In this document: positions 1 through 13,725 of the stretch, one piece after another
How positions within the stretch are numbered: the first letter of the stretch is position 1
Layout: every line of letters starts with the position of its first letter
Assembly (NCBI RefSeq): GCF_963921235.1
Contig: NC_086097.1
Location: 228,286,001-228,350,000, forward strand
Source of the DNA: Mobula hypostoma
Taxonomy: Eukaryota
Direction of reading: 5' to 3'
Length of the DNA stretch: 64,000 nt
Notes under the pieces: generated by a model
Databases searched by the model: none
Told to the model about the DNA's origin: nothing
Seen by the model: the letters and a program-made list of their open reading frames with translations, nothing else
Position numbers and translations under genes: made by a program

Positions 1-1746
1 TTGCTTCCTGTCTGCTAACCAATTCTCCACCCACATCAATACCTTACCCCTAATACCGTGTGCTTTAAGTTTGCACACTAATCTCCTGTGTGGGACCTTG
101 TCAAAAGCCTTTTGAAAATCCAAATATACCACATCCACTGGTTCTCCCCTATCCACTCTACTAGTTACATCCTCAAAAAATTCTATGAGATTCGTCAGAC
201 ATGATTTTCCTTTCACAAATCCATGCTGACTTTGTCCGATCATTTCTCCGCTTTCCAAATGTGCTGTTATCACATCCTTGATAACTGACTCCAGCAGTTT
301 CCCCACCACCGACGTTAGGCTAACCGGTCTATAATTCCCCGGTTTCTCTCTCCCTCCTTTTTTAAAAAGTGGGGTTACATTAGCCACTCTCCAATCCTCA
401 GGAACTAGTCCAGAATCTAACGAGTTTTGAAAAATTATCACTAATGCATCCACTATTTCTTGGGCTACTTCCTTAAGCACTCTAGGATGCAGACCATCTG
501 GCCCTGGGGATTTATCTGCCTTCAATCCCTTCAATTTACCTAACACCACTTCCCTACTAACATGTATTTCACTCAGTTCCTCCATCTCACTGGACCCTCT
601 GTCCCTTACTATTTCTGGAAGATTATTTATGTCCTCCTTAGTGAAGACAGAACCAAAGTAATTATTCAATTGGTCTGCCATGTCCTTGCTCCCCATAATC
701 AATTCACCTGTTTCTGTCTGCAGGGGACCTACATTTATCTTTACCAGTCTTTTCCTTTTTACGTATCTATAAAAGCTTTTACAGTCTGTTTTTATGTTCC
801 CTGCCAGTTTTCTCTCAAAATCTTTTTTCCCCTTCCTAATTAAGCCCTTTGTCCTCCTCTGCTGAACTCTGAATTTCTCCCAGTCCTCAGGTGAGCCACT
901 TTCTCTGGCTAATTTGTATGCTACTTCTTTGGAATTGATACTATCCCTAATTTCTCTTGTCAGCCACGGGTGCACTACCTTCCTTGATTTATTCTTTTGC
1001 CAAACTGGGATGAACAATTGTTGTAGTTCATCCATGCAACCTTTAAATGCTTGCCATTGCATATCCACCGTCAATCCTTTAAGTGTCATTTGCCAGTCTA
1101 TCTTAGCTAATTCACGTCTCATACCTTCAAAGTTACCCCTCTTTAAGTTCAGAACCTTTGTTTCTGAATTAACTATGTCACTCTCCATATTAATGAAGAA
1201 TTCCACCATATTATGGTCACTCTTACCCAAGGGGCCTCTCACGACAAGATCGCTAATTAAACCTTCCTCATTGCTCAAAACCCAGTCCAGAATAGCCTGC
1301 TCTCTAGTTGGTTCCTCGACATGGTTCAAAAAACCACCCCGCATACATTCCAAGAAATCCTCTTCCTCAGCACCTTTACCAATTTGGTTCACCCAGTCTA
1401 CATGTAGATTGAAGTCACCCATTATAACTGCTGTTCCTTTATTGCACACATTTCTAATTTCCTGTTTAATACCATCTCCGACCTCACTACTACTGTTAGG
1501 TGGCCTGTACACAACTCCCACCAGCGTCTTCTGCCCCTTAGTGTTACGCAGCTCTACCCATATCGATTCCACATCTTCCCGGCTTATGTCCTTCCTTTCT
1601 ATTGCGTTAATCTCTTCTTTAACCAGCAACGCCACCCCACCTCCCCTTCCTTCATGTCTATCCCTCCTGAATATTGAATATCCCTGAACGTTGAGCTCCC
1701 ATCCCTGGTCACCCTGGAGCCATGTCTCTGTGATCCCAACTATATC
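1..1746 (-). mobile_element. CR1 LINE ORF2 (APE endonuclease to RT N-terminus), 5'-truncated, runs off the window
   Basis: The minus strand encodes GGGVALLVK..WVEL..GVVYRPP..MGDFN..LDWVL and YRPVSLTSVVGK. ORF 914..1687(+) is its antisense. Confidence 0.9.
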
Positions 1747-1990
1747 AGAAGAGAGAAAAGAGACAGTTTACCTGAAATTGGAGAATCCAGTGTTCATAAC
1801 CATTGCATTGTAGACTGTCCAAGTGGAATATGAGGTGGTGTCTTCTAGTTGATGTTTAGCCTCACGGTGGCAGTTAAAGAGGCTGAGGAAAGACACTTTG
1901 GTGTGGAAGTGCTGAAGTGAATTAAAATGGCTGTCAACCAAGAAAAGGACAAGGTGGACAAAGTGGTTCCTAGTCTGTGCTTTGAATCAC
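1747..1990 (-). mobile_element. Degenerate Penelope-like 3' fragment
   Basis: Resembles the GIY-YIG tail of the Penelope copies at 16.4 kb and 33.7 kb. Confidence 0.5.
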
Positions 1991-2150
1991 TGATGAGACC
2001 ATGGAAACCAGTTGAGATATCTTCAATTTCCCATTTGATTTTCCACTGGGAAGAAAAGTGCTTGGATTTTTTCAGAGCAATCAATTATACAAGCTGTGAT
2101 GTTAATTATGAAGCTATCTGCACTAATGACACTAATAATTTTGTTTGCAG

Positions 2151-2267
2151 TTGAAGCATGAACCCATCTGTCAAAAAAATGCTAACAAGAAGAGGAAGAC
2201 CTTTGACTCCAGTAGACAGAGAGCTGAAGGAACTGATATTCCCACCCTAAAGCCTCTAAAGCCCAGG
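2151..2267 (+). CDS. ZC2HC1A: ZC2HC1A internal coding exon (end of first C2HC finger)
   Basis: ttgtttgcAG acceptor, GTaggt donor, 117 bp, phase 0/0. Translates LKHEPICQKNANKKRKTFDSSRQRAEGTDIPTLKPLKPR, matching recalled human KKHGPICQKTATKKRKTFDSSRQRAEGTDIPTVKPLKPR. Confidence 0.95.
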
Positions 2268-2509
2268 GTAGGTAGACAACAGTTTACAAAACTTTAGAAG
2301 TAAAGTATTATTTATTTCAGTCACAAAAAAGTGTTTTTATTTCAGCTGAATTGACAATTTTCCATGATCATGTAATGAAACCTCCAGATTGTGTCATGAA
2401 AAGCAGATAATAGAATATATTAATTTTTCAGGGAAATATTGCAAAATGTAGTTGAGTCATGTGCTTAGTTCAGAATTTTTATTTACTTCTGACCAAAAAC
2501 ACCACCAAC

Positions 2510-3250
2510 ATTCGAGGTAAATTTATTATCAAAGTACATGTATGTCATCATATACAACCCTGAGATTCATTTTCTTGCATGCATGCAATCACAGTAAATA
2601 AAAGGAATACAATAGAATCAATGAAAGACTGCACCCAACAGGATGGACAACAACCAATGTGCAAAACACGACCAACAAAAAGCAAATACAAAAAGAAAGA
2701 GAAAAAAGGAAATAATAATGATAAATATCAAAATGTGAGATGAAGTAGTTCCATAGGCTGTGGGAATAGTTCCATGATTGGGTGAGTGAAATTTACCCCT
2801 CTAGTTCAAGAACCTGATGGTTGAAGGGTATTAACTGTTCCTGCACCTTTGGTGTAGGTCTTAAGTAAGGTCACCTTACTAATGGCAGTAGTGAGATGAG
2901 AGAACGGCCTGGATGGTAGGGGTCCTTGATGGACAATGGATGCTGCTTTCCTGCGACAGCACTACATGTAAGTGTGCTTAAAGGTGGAGAGGGCTTTACT
3001 CATGGACTGGGCCACATCCACTACATTTTGTAGGCTTCTCAACAAGGGCATTGGTTTTTCCAGACCAGGCTGTGATGCAACCAGTCAATATCCTCTTCAC
3101 CACACATCTATAGAAGTTTGTCAAATTTTTAGATGGCATGCTGAATCATAATAAACCTTTAAGAAAGTAGAGGTTCTGCCATGCTTTCTTTGTAATAGCA
3201 CTTGCGTGCTAGACCCTGTACAAATCTTCCAAAATGATAACACTAAGGAA
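2510..3250 (-). mobile_element. Rex1/Babar-type LINE 3' fragment, degenerate
   Basis: 3' tail (tttattatcaaagtacat...) and RT C-terminal remnants resembling the copy at 32.5-33.5 kb. Confidence 0.6.
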
Positions 3251-3992
3251 TATATAGAGTTGAGAATTTTGGGTAGTGTAGGAAAACAGCGAGGTCAGTA
3301 ACCAAAGAGTAAAGGCATTAGTTATGGAAGGACCAGAGAAGAGTCAGAGCAGAACAATCCTAAACAAATTTTACCTGCTTGGAGTGTATTTTTACCTACC
3401 TGGAATGTGACGCCTGATGTGCAGTTGAAGTGATTTTAATAATAACTCAAAAGGGGAATGAATAAAGATTATTGGGGTGATTTGTAGCCTAATGGGAAGG
3501 AATAAAAACTAATGGGTTGTTTCATTCATTTAGTGTTTAGCTAATTGGCTTGGTGCTATATGCCATAATCTTATTACTGTTTCATGACTGCTTCTGCAAA
3601 TGTTTTTTTGCAAACATTATGAATAGGTGCTTTTTGAGAAATTGATTTGGGATGTTAAAATAGCTTCTTCCCTCTGTCATGAGATTTCTGAATGGTTCAT
3701 AAACCCATGAACACTACGTCATACAAAAACATGAATAAATATTTATTTCTGTAATTTATAGTGCAGCATAAATTACATTAGAAATACTCATTTTTGAAGG
3801 GGAAAGTAACTTTTTCAGATACATTGAGAATTGCCAATGAATAGTTAGTTATCCATATTGAAATTTAACTTTTCATTTTGTCATGCTGATAGTGAGTTTC
3901 TATGGAAGTATGGAACAGGAAATGAGAATGAATATGGACTGCATGCAATATATGTTTAAATTAATGTGTCTATTCAATTTTATATCCTTTAG

Positions 3993-4134
3993 CCTGAGCC
4001 TCCCAAAAAGCCCTCAAATTGGAGACAGAAGCATGAAAGCTTTATTGCTGCCATCAGAGCAGCCAAAAAGGCTACCCAAATAATGAAGGAAGGGGGTACT
4101 CCACCACCCCCACCACCACCTTTATATGATCCAG
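3993..4134 (+). CDS. ZC2HC1A: ZC2HC1A coding exon (proline-rich)
   Basis: cctttAG / GTatgg, 142 bp, phase 0/1. PEPPKKPSNWRQKHESFIAAIRAAKKATQIMKEGGTPPPPPPPLYDP. Confidence 0.95.
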
Positions 4135-4959
4135 GTATGGCATTTCCAATTAATATTTTAATTCATTAGTTTAAAGAAGGCTTAATAATTTAATTCTTAA
4201 TACAGAGCTAATATCTATTTGCCAGTTCTACTTTTAAAGTTGGTCAATCCAACTTTATTGTTTTTGATTGTTAATAATTTTTCACTTTTTATTTGGTCTG
4301 CTGTTTATAGCAATTTCTATTTTTGCAGTTTTTATTAATGACTACTGTTTTGGTTTTGCTTCTAAATTTAATTTTCTCTGGGAGTTTTCAATACTTGTAA
4401 AACAAATGAAAGTTGTTCACTTTATCTTCTAAGATATATGTGCAACAAAAGATTATCTTTGCTAAGGTCTACTTTTTCTAAAATAGTATTATTTCTAGAC
4501 CATAACAGTGCAACTTAAGTTTTATGAAGTTCCTACTTTTATTTTATTGTGGCCTGATTACTGTAACCGGCTTCTGTGAACAAATGATTTCCATATAAAT
4601 ATACAAAAAATGTAACTTAATTCTGCAATACTCATGACAGAGAAAAAAATGGGTTTTACAGAACTCTGGCTAATGATCAGATTTTGTTGTGTATGTAGAT
4701 AGAGCAAAAAGACTCAAAAGGACATTTGAAGACGGGAAGTAATATTACAAAACATGGAGCTTGAAGAGGGAATTCTGAATGGTAGTGATAGTATGTTTAA
4801 AGAATGCCATCTTCAGACCCAACGATGGAATAAAGTGAAAAAAATCTATCAGCTCCCCTTAATAAGAAACTTCAAATAGATTTTCACATGATTTTCGATT
4901 TCAAAGAAAACAATCATAACTAGTGTAACTTCTTCAGGATTATTTTAATCTTCCCGGAA

Positions 4960-6440
4960 TTGTCAAGGTCTGATTTATTGTCAGATGCAGAAGTACGTGT
5001 ATGCAGTGAAAAACTTGCTTACAGCAGCATCACTAACACACATCATGTATGCAGCATTCACAAGGAAAGCATTAATTAATCATAAATTATCCACAATTTT
5101 TACAAAAACAAATGCAATTAGAACAAAAAAAAAGTCTGTTTTAGTGCAGGGCTGTTGAAGTGGTCATACTGCTGCTAAGCTGTAGTGATTAAGTTTTTGC
5201 CAGTTGGTTCAAGAATGCATGGTTAAAGGGAAGTAGCTATAATACGTGGGAGCAAAATGAAGTAACTCAATCATGGCTGATTTATTTTCCTCCTCAACTC
5301 GTTTCTCTTTCCTATACCCAATGACTTGACCTCCATAGTCATTTGTGGCAATGAATTCCACAGATTCATCACCCTCTGGCTAAAGAAATTATTCCTCATC
5401 TCTGTTTTAAAGGGACATATTTCTATTCTGGGGCTGTGCCCTCTGGTTGTACTCTCTCCAATTTTTGGAAATATCCTTTCCACATCCACTTTTTCTAGGG
5501 CTTCTGTAATTGAGAGATTTCAATGTGATCCCCACTCATTCTTCTAAATCCCAGTGAGTACAGACCCTATTCATGAACCTGTTGGTATGACTTTTAGCTT
5601 TTGTACCTTCTGTCTGATGTAGCTATGAAAAGATGGCATGGCCTGGATGGTGTGGTTCTTTGATGATAGATTTTGCCTTCTTGAGGCAGTGCCTCCTGTA
5701 GGTACTGCCAGTTATGTAGAGGGATGTGCCCATCATATATTGGGCAAAGTTCACTACTCTTTGCAAGTTCTTGTGTTTCTGCGCATTCTTGTACCAGACC
5801 ATTGATGCAACCGGTCAGAATATTTCCAGTAGTACAGCTGTAGAAGCTTCTTAAGAGTGTTCAGTGACAGGCTGAACATCCTAACAAAGTATAAGTGCTT
5901 TCCTTTTGATTATGTTTATATGTTGGGCTCAAGACCAGTCATCTGATATGTTAATACTCAGGAATTTGAAGCTGTAGACTATCTCTACCACTGACCCCTC
6001 AATGTAGACTAGAACATGTTTGCTTTTCTTCCCCTTTCTGAAGTTACAATCTGTTTTTGGTTTTGCTGGCATTAAGTGATTGTTTTTACAGCACCACTCA
6101 ACCAGGTGACTTATCCCACTCCAGTAAACTGACTGACTTGAGGGTTTGGGGTCTGATGTTCTTGATGTTTCTCCTTGTGGGTGATCTGTTTGGCTTTTGT
6201 GCGAGGGAGGAGTTGAGGAGTTTGGGGTTTGAAAGTTTTTGGCTTTTTCTTTTCATGTGGGGGGTGGATTGATGTTCTTCTTTAAACTACTTATATGGAT
6301 TTCTATATTTCATGGCTATCTGGGGAAGACAAATCTCAGAGTTGTATTCAACATACATACTTTGATAATAACATGAACTTTTGAACTCATTGTCACCTGT
6401 GATCTGGCCAACATCATGTCATTGACAGATTTGAAGATGG
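4960..6440 (-). mobile_element. Degenerate Rex1/Babar-type LINE interrupted by a CR1 3' fragment (~5240-5565)
   Basis: CR1 motif FFSQRVMNLWNSLP in ORF 5271..5489(-). The flanks continue a Rex-type 3' region. Confidence 0.6.
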
Positions 6441-6622
6441 CATTTGTATCAGAACCACTCCCAGTTCTGCAAGCATGATTTAATCAGGGAATTATATATA
6501 ATATTTTTTTCTTTTGCCTGCCTGTTTTGCAATTCTCTAGTTTTAAAAGTTCTTCATTCCTTTATCCCTCCTTATTTATGTATCTGCCCATGGTGTTTAT
6601 GTAGAGCCCCTTGAGTCTTTTT

Positions 6623-9600
6623 CTTTTTTAATAATTTTATTAATTTCTTGCATAAAAGAATACGGAGTACAATAGGATATATAATATATATCAATTACAA
6701 TATATTGAAATCACAGGTGAAGTGTAATTACCCCATATCCATATAAATTAAATTTAAACATAATATTGAAAAAAGGTAATTTTATTATACAAAAAATCTA
6801 AACCCACTATCAGGAAAAAAAAACAGCTGTTTGGTTTATAAAAAAAAGGAAACGATCCTTAACATATAGTAGAACATATTAGCCAACATCTGTTCTTAAT
6901 AGCAAATCAACGATTTTGAAAATAATTCAGAAAAGGTCCCCACAATGTTAAAAAATCTTGTCTAGGTTCAGAGTGGTCGGCTATGTGCGGAACCAAAGGA
7001 AATGGAGCAGATCTTAAATAGGTTTTTTTGCGTCTGTGTTTATTAAGGAAACTGGCATGAAGTCTATGGAATTAAGGGAAACAAGTAGTGAGATCATGGA
7101 AACTGTACAGATCGAAAAGGAGGAGGTCCTTGCTGTCTTGAGGAAAATTAAAGTCCTCAAGATAAATCCCCGGGACCTGACGGGGTGTTCCCTCGGACCT
7201 TGAAGGAGACTAGTGTTGAAATTGCAGGGGCTGAAATATTTAAAATATCGCTGTCTACATGTGAGGTGCTGGAGGATTGGAGAGTGGCTCATGTTGTTCC
7301 GTTGTTTAAAAAAGGATCGAAGAGTACTCCGGGAAGTTATAGGCCAGTAAGTTTAACGTCGGTAGTAGGTAAGTTATTGGAGGGAGTACTAAGAGACAGA
7401 ATCTACAAGCAATTGGACAGTCTGGGACTTATTAGGGAGAGTCAACATGGCTTTGTGCGTGGTAGGTCATGTTTGACCAATCTGTTGGAGTTTTTCGAGG
7501 AGGATACCAGGAAAGTGGATGAAGGGAAGGCAGTGGATATTGTCTACATGGACTTCAGTAAGGCCTTTGACAAGGTCCTGCATGGGAGGTTAGTTAGGAA
7601 AATTCAGTCGCTAGGTATACATGGCGAGGTGGTAAATTGGATTAGACATTGACTCGATGGAAGAAGCCAGAGAGTGGTGGAAGAGAATTGCTTCTCTGAG
7701 TGGAGGCCTGTGACTAGTGGTGTGCCACAGGGATCAGTGCTGGGTCCATTGTTATTTGTCATCTACATCAATGATCTGGATGATAATGTGGTAAATTGGA
7801 TCAGCAAGTTTGCTGATGATACAAAGATTGGAGGTGTAGTAGACAGTGAGGAAGGTTTTCAGAGCCTGCAGAGGGACTTGGACCAGCTGGAAAAATGGGC
7901 TGAAAAATGGCAGATGGAGTTTAATACAGACAAGTGTGAGGTATTGCACGTTGGAAGGACAAACCAACGTAGAACATACAGGGTTAATGATAAGGCACTG
8001 AGGAGTGCAGTGGAACAGAGGGATCTGGGAATACAGATACAAAATTCCCTAAAAGTGGTGTCACAGGTAGATAGGGTCATAAAGAGAGCTTTTGGTACAT
8101 TGGCCTTTATTAATCAAAGTATGGAGTATAAGAGCTGGAATGTTATGATGAGGTTGTATAAAGCATTGGTGAGGCTGAATCTGGAGTATTGTGTTCAGTT
8201 TTGGTCACCAAATTACAGGAAGGATATAAATAAGGTTGAAAGAGTGCAGAGAAGGTTTACAAGGATGTTGCCGGGACTTGAGAAACTCAGTTACAGAGAA
8301 AGGTTGAATAGGTTGGGACTTTATTCCCTGGAGCGTAGAAGAATGAGGGGAGATTTGATAGAGGTATATAAAATTATGATGGGTGTAGATAGAGTGAATG
8401 CAAGCAGGCTTTTTCCACTGAGGCAAGGGGAGAAAAAAACCAGAGGACATGGGTTTAGGGTGAGGGGGGAAAAGTTTAAAGGGAACATTAGGGGGGGCTT
8501 CTTCACACAGAGAGTGGTGGGAGTATGGAATGAGCTGCCAGATGAGGTGGTAAATGCGGGTTCTTTTTTAATATTTAAGAATAAATTGGACAGATACATG
8601 GATGGGAGGTGTATGGAGGGATATGGTCCGTGTGCAGGTCAGTGGGACTAGGCAGAAAATGGTTCGGCACAGCCAAGAAGGGCCAAAAGGCCTGTTTCTG
8701 TGCTGTAGTTTCTATGGTTTCTAAAGATACCCAGAGCGGACAGTCCTCTCAATTAATATAATTTAACCAAAACGTAAGATTCCGTATATTGACTGCCCAG
8801 TAATAAAACCTAAAATTGGGTAAGGCTAAACCTCCGTTTTTTTTTAGCTTTTTGAAGATGAACTTTATTTAATTGAGAAATCTTATTTTTCCATATATAA
8901 AAAGATATAATAGAATCCAAAGAATCAAAAAAGGATTTAGGAATAAAAACATGTATGGCGTGAAATAAATATAAAAATTTAGGCAAAATATTCATTTTAA
9001 TAGAATTGATTCGGCCAATCAACAATAAAGAGAGGGGTGACCGATTTGATAGTGCCTTCTTAACATAATTCAGAAGTGTAAAAAAAATTTCTTTAAAAAG
9101 GAATTTATAATTCCTAGTAACTGTTGTGCCCAAATAAGTAAATTGATTTCTTACAATTTTAAAAGGAAGGTTAGTATTAACTAATACCAAATTATTCAAA
9201 GGAAAAAGTTCACTCTTATGAAAGTTAAGTTTGTATCCTGAAAACTGACTAAAGCAGGAGAGTAAAGAATGTAGAGAAGGTAAAGAAGACTCCACATTAG
9301 AAATGTAGAGCAAAAGGTCATCAGCATAAAGCAAAACTTTGTGGGTAATACCCCTCCTTAAAATATGATTAGATTCCCAGAAAACAATAGCTAAAGGTTC
9401 TAAGACCAAATAAAAAAGTAAAGAACTCAAAGGACAACCTTGTCTAGTTCCACAATGAAGTTTAAATGGTTTAGAGTACTGAGAGTTAGTAAGAACCTGA
9501 GCGGAGGGAGATAAATAAAGTAATTTAATCCATTGAATAAAATCAGGCCCGAAGTTATATTTTACTAAAGTTTTAAATAAATAATTCCATTCAACCCGAT

Positions 9601-12600
9601 CAAAGGCTTTCTCAGCATCTAAGGATATCACACATTCTGTAATCTCTTTAGAAGGAGAATAAGTAACATTCAATAAACAACAAATATTGAAGTGGGAGCA
9701 TCGATTTTTGATAAATCCAGTCTGATCATCAGAGATAATAGATGGCAAAATATTTTCAATCCTATGAGCCAAAAGTTTAGATAAAATTTTGGTATCAATA
9801 TTAAGTAATAAAATAGGTCTATAAGAAGAGCATTCAATTGGGTCCTTGTTCTTTTTAAGAATAAGCAAAATAGAGGCTTCATAAAAAGATTGTGGAAACT
9901 TACCTAATTTAAAAGAGTCGGAAAGGACTGAATATAAACGAGGTATAAGCAAAGAGGAAAAGGCCTTATAAAACTCTCCAGGAAATCCATCAGGACCCAG
10001 AGCCTTCCCCGAATGCAAAGAGCAAACAACCTCGGCAATTTCCTCATAAGAAATAGATTGATCCAACAATTTTCGAATATCATCAGAAAGTGTAGGAATG
10101 TTTAATCGATCTAAAAAATTATTCATTAGAGTACTATCTTTAGGAGGATCAGAGCTATAAAGTTTAGAGTAGAATTCTCTAAAAGCATCATTTATTTCTA
10201 AATGATCCAATGTTTTATCACCATTAGCTTTACAAATTTCTTTAATTTAATGTTTAACTATAAAGGTCTTTAATTGGTTAGCTAATAGTTTACCCATTTT
10301 ATCTCCATGAATATAAAACTGGCTTTTATCTTTTAAAAGTTGCATTTCAATTGGATAAGTTGAGAGCAGATCGTATTTGGTTGTAATTTCAACACGTCTT
10401 TTATATAAAACAGGATCTGGAGCCAAAGCATATTTTTGGTCTAATTGTTTCAACTGATTGGCTAATTCAATTCTCTCCTTATTAGCTTTTTTCTTAACAC
10501 TTGCGGGAAAAGAAATAATTTGATCTCTAATATAACCCTTAAAAGCATCCCATAAAATAAGACTAGAAGTCTCTTCTGGTGTATTCTCTTCAAAAAAAAG
10601 AATAATTTGTTTCTCCAAAAATTTTTTAGAAATCTTTATCTGATCACAAAGTTGGATTAAAATGCCAGAATCCGTTTATTTGGGAGACACCCAGAAGATT
10701 GAAAGATAAAAACACAGGAGCATGATCTGAAATGGCAATTTCTTTATATTCACAGGATCGAACCAATGGAATCAATTGGCTATCAACAAAAAAAATCAAT
10801 TCTGGAATACGTATGATGAACATGAGAAAAATATGAGTACTCTATATCTGTTGGATACAAAAACTGCCAAACATCAGCAATATCACATTTCATCAGAAAA
10901 GATTGGATAAAGGAGGCAGATCTACTACAAGTCAATCATTTAGAAGAAGAACGATCTAAAACAGGATCTAAACAACAGTTGAAGTCTCCTCCTAAAACCA
11001 AAGTATATAAACTTAATTCTGGTAAAAGCAAAAAAAAATTCAAGAAAGCCTGGATCATCTATATTCAGGGCATACATATTAGCAAAAACCATTAATTTAT
11101 TATCTAATTTCCCTGATACTATAACACAACGCCCATTGGTATCAGACACTACATTATGTTGAATGAAAGACACTGAATTATCTATAAGAATTGAAACTCC
11201 TCTTGCCTTAGCCTGAAAGGAGGAATGGAAAGATTAAACCCTTCCAATGGCTGAAAAGACGTAAATTATCACATTTACGACCATGTGTTTCTTGTTAAAA
11301 AAAAATTGAGACATTCAATTTCTTAATATAATTAAATATCTTACTACGTTTCACAGGATGGTTTAATCCTTTCACATTAAAACTAAGTAAATTAAAAATA
11401 TGGTCCATTTTAAATATTGCTTAAAGGAGATGTTTGAATAAAAACTGTTGGAATATATATTAAATCCAAGCAATGAGCTTTAAGATAAAGTAACCAAGCA
11501 ACAAATGAAGCTAAGAGAAGCAAACAGCTGATAGAAAAAAAGAAAACCACCCCCCCGCCCAAAGAGAGAAGGTCGACCAAAGGGCGACTGACAGCTAAAC
11601 CTACCATTTCCCTTCCAAAACAATCTACTGGCTGAGCTCCAAAAAAAATTTTCATGGCAAAACTGCTTTCCAACAAGACACAACAAAAAACAGAGCAAAA
11701 TTAAACATATTTTAAAAACTCATAAAATTATAGTATTAAAATATTAGAAAGAAATATCAAAATTCAAAACATATTAACTTAGAAAGTATTAACTCAAAGA
11801 AAACTTACTTATATTAAATCCTTAATTTTCTAAACAAGGAAATAAAAGTACAAAAAAAGATAGATACGAAGGTATACCAAAAGTTTTTTTAAAAATTGTT
11901 CATAAAAGAAAGTACTGAACAGTTAGACTGCTGATTCTTAAAAAAAGGATCCATCAGGCAGGCGCAACACAACTTTGTGTAAAGAGTTATTGAACAGTTA
12001 AACTTCTGAAATTGATTCGGCACTCAAGAAATGCTGCACCTCTTGAGTCGAACAGAACCATTTCTGAGAGCCATTTTTCAAATTGATTCTAAGATGAGCG
12101 AGGTTACGAAGAGAAGGCTCAAAACCTTTATTATACAATTCCCAGATGACTTTTTTAAACTTGAAGCGTTCATTCAACACCATGGGTGAAAAATCCACAA
12201 TTCTATACTTCTGGTCTTTATAATCAATCATACCTTTCTGACGAGATTCACAAATTAAAAGTTCCTTTGTTTGAAAGTCGTGAAGACAAATTATCACTGA
12301 ATGGGATTGTCCTCCTAGAGAAGGTCTTGGTACAGGCAATCTGTGAGCTCAATCTATTTTAGGTGGAGATTTTAAAATATTTGGAAATAAATTAGCCAAA
12401 AGGTTTGCAAAAAAATTCTGAAGGCTAATTGCCTTCCAATAACTCTTTAAAACCCAGAATACATAAATTATTTCTTCTGTTTCTATTTTCTAAGTCAATG
12501 ATCTTCTGTCTTAATGTTTCATTAACCTTTAACTGTTTATCACAGATCTGTTCCAAGTTGTCAGTCTTTGCATTGAACATCCTCAAAGTGTCTTCGTTCT

Positions 12601-12889
12601 CTTTTATCCGTTTATCGTGTTCACTTAAAGTTTTTTGAATAGAATCCAATTTTACATCCATTCATTTAAATTCAGCTTTGAGTTGCTGGAACTCCTCCAA
12701 AAGTGCATTGTTATGCTTCTGAAGTGTCTCCATAATAGATTCCTCTTCTTTTTTATTAGCTTTAGCACGACATCATAAAGCAATATTGCGTTTAAAAGTA
12801 AGTTTTCAAAACTAGTTGGAAGCAGTAAATTAAGAAGAGTAGGAGCACCTATAAAAGTGCTGCCACTCCATCAACAGCCAGTAGGATCT
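6623..12889 (-). mobile_element. L1-clade LINE with both ends, decayed; ORF1 ~12773-11998, ORF2 from 11408
   Basis: ORF1 coiled-coil/RRM (LENRNRRNNLCILG). ORF2 MDHIFNLLSFNVKGLN (APE) and RT motifs LDAEKAFD, GTRQGCPLS, LYADD. A-rich tail. 14-bp TSD CCT(T/C)GAGTCTTTTT at 6609-6622 and 12890-12903, at a TTTTT/AA site. Confidence 0.92.
6968..8722 (+). mobile_element. Young 5'-truncated CR1 LINE inserted in the L1
   Basis: ORFs 7185..7652 and 7674..8651 with GVPQGSVLGP and FADD. TTCTATGG-type tail. Nearly identical to the copy at 28001-32240. Confidence 0.95.
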
Positions 12890-13359
12890 CCTCGAGTCTT
12901 TTTAAAGTTCTTATTTTAACTTTTTTCCATTTTGAAAGTACTCCACTCCATCCTTAAAATGTCCAAAGTGGATTTGCCTACATTAAAATTAATTTACTGC
13001 AATTTTGCTTATTCATTTAATCATTTTACGATTTTTAATTTTCTGCTTTTTTTTCCTCCAGTTTTAGCTGATTTACTTTGTATTTCGCAGTCCTGCTACT
13101 AACAATACTTAACACAGGCAAGGAAGCAGAATGTGTTTCTAAATGCTACATTAAAATCATTTGGTCTTGCATTAGAGATTTTCCAACTGTTCTACCCACA
13201 CCATCTCTGCTACTGAAAGCTCCCTTTACCAATTCTGACAAATAGTCTTGGATCTGAAGTATTAATTCACTTTCTCTTTTTTCAGTGGCTTGTCCAACTT
13301 GCTGTTGCCAACCAATCCTAGTTGTATGTGCAGACATCCTACACTGCAAAAGCTCATTT

Positions 13360-13725
13360 CAGGGAGGTAGCACCATCAATTTGCGGGAGACTCCCAGAAC
13401 TTCCGGGAGAGGTGGGATGTCTGCAATAGAGTAGCTCCTTAGCACCTAGCCAGCTAGTTTAAATAACATTAGCTATGCTAATGAACGAATGACACCTGTT
13501 AAACTCACCTCAACTGTCTTTTACAGTCTTAACCCACCATGGGCAATAGAAAAGTCACTGTTGCAAAACAGTGCAGCAAGCAGCACTGTCATTATTTTGA
13601 CCCCTATTAGGCAGAGGTACACTTTAGGGTAGTCTGGGGTGATGTACGTTTTATATTTTCTTTTTTTGGAACACTCTCTCATTGCGCGCGTGGTCTCTCT
13701 CTGTCGCTGTCTCTCTCACTCTCGC
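13360..13725. mobile_element. Probable non-autonomous DNA transposon fragment
   Basis: CpG-richer island with cgggaga/ctccc subterminal-type motifs. No TIR pair or TSD resolved. Confidence 0.3.

Noticed and set aside
914..1687. 257-aa + strand ORF
   Set aside because: Antisense shadow of an open CR1 ORF2 on the - strand.
3883..4083. 66-aa ORF overlapping a ZC2HC1A exon
   Set aside because: Wrong frame; the spliced exon 3993-4134 explains the region.
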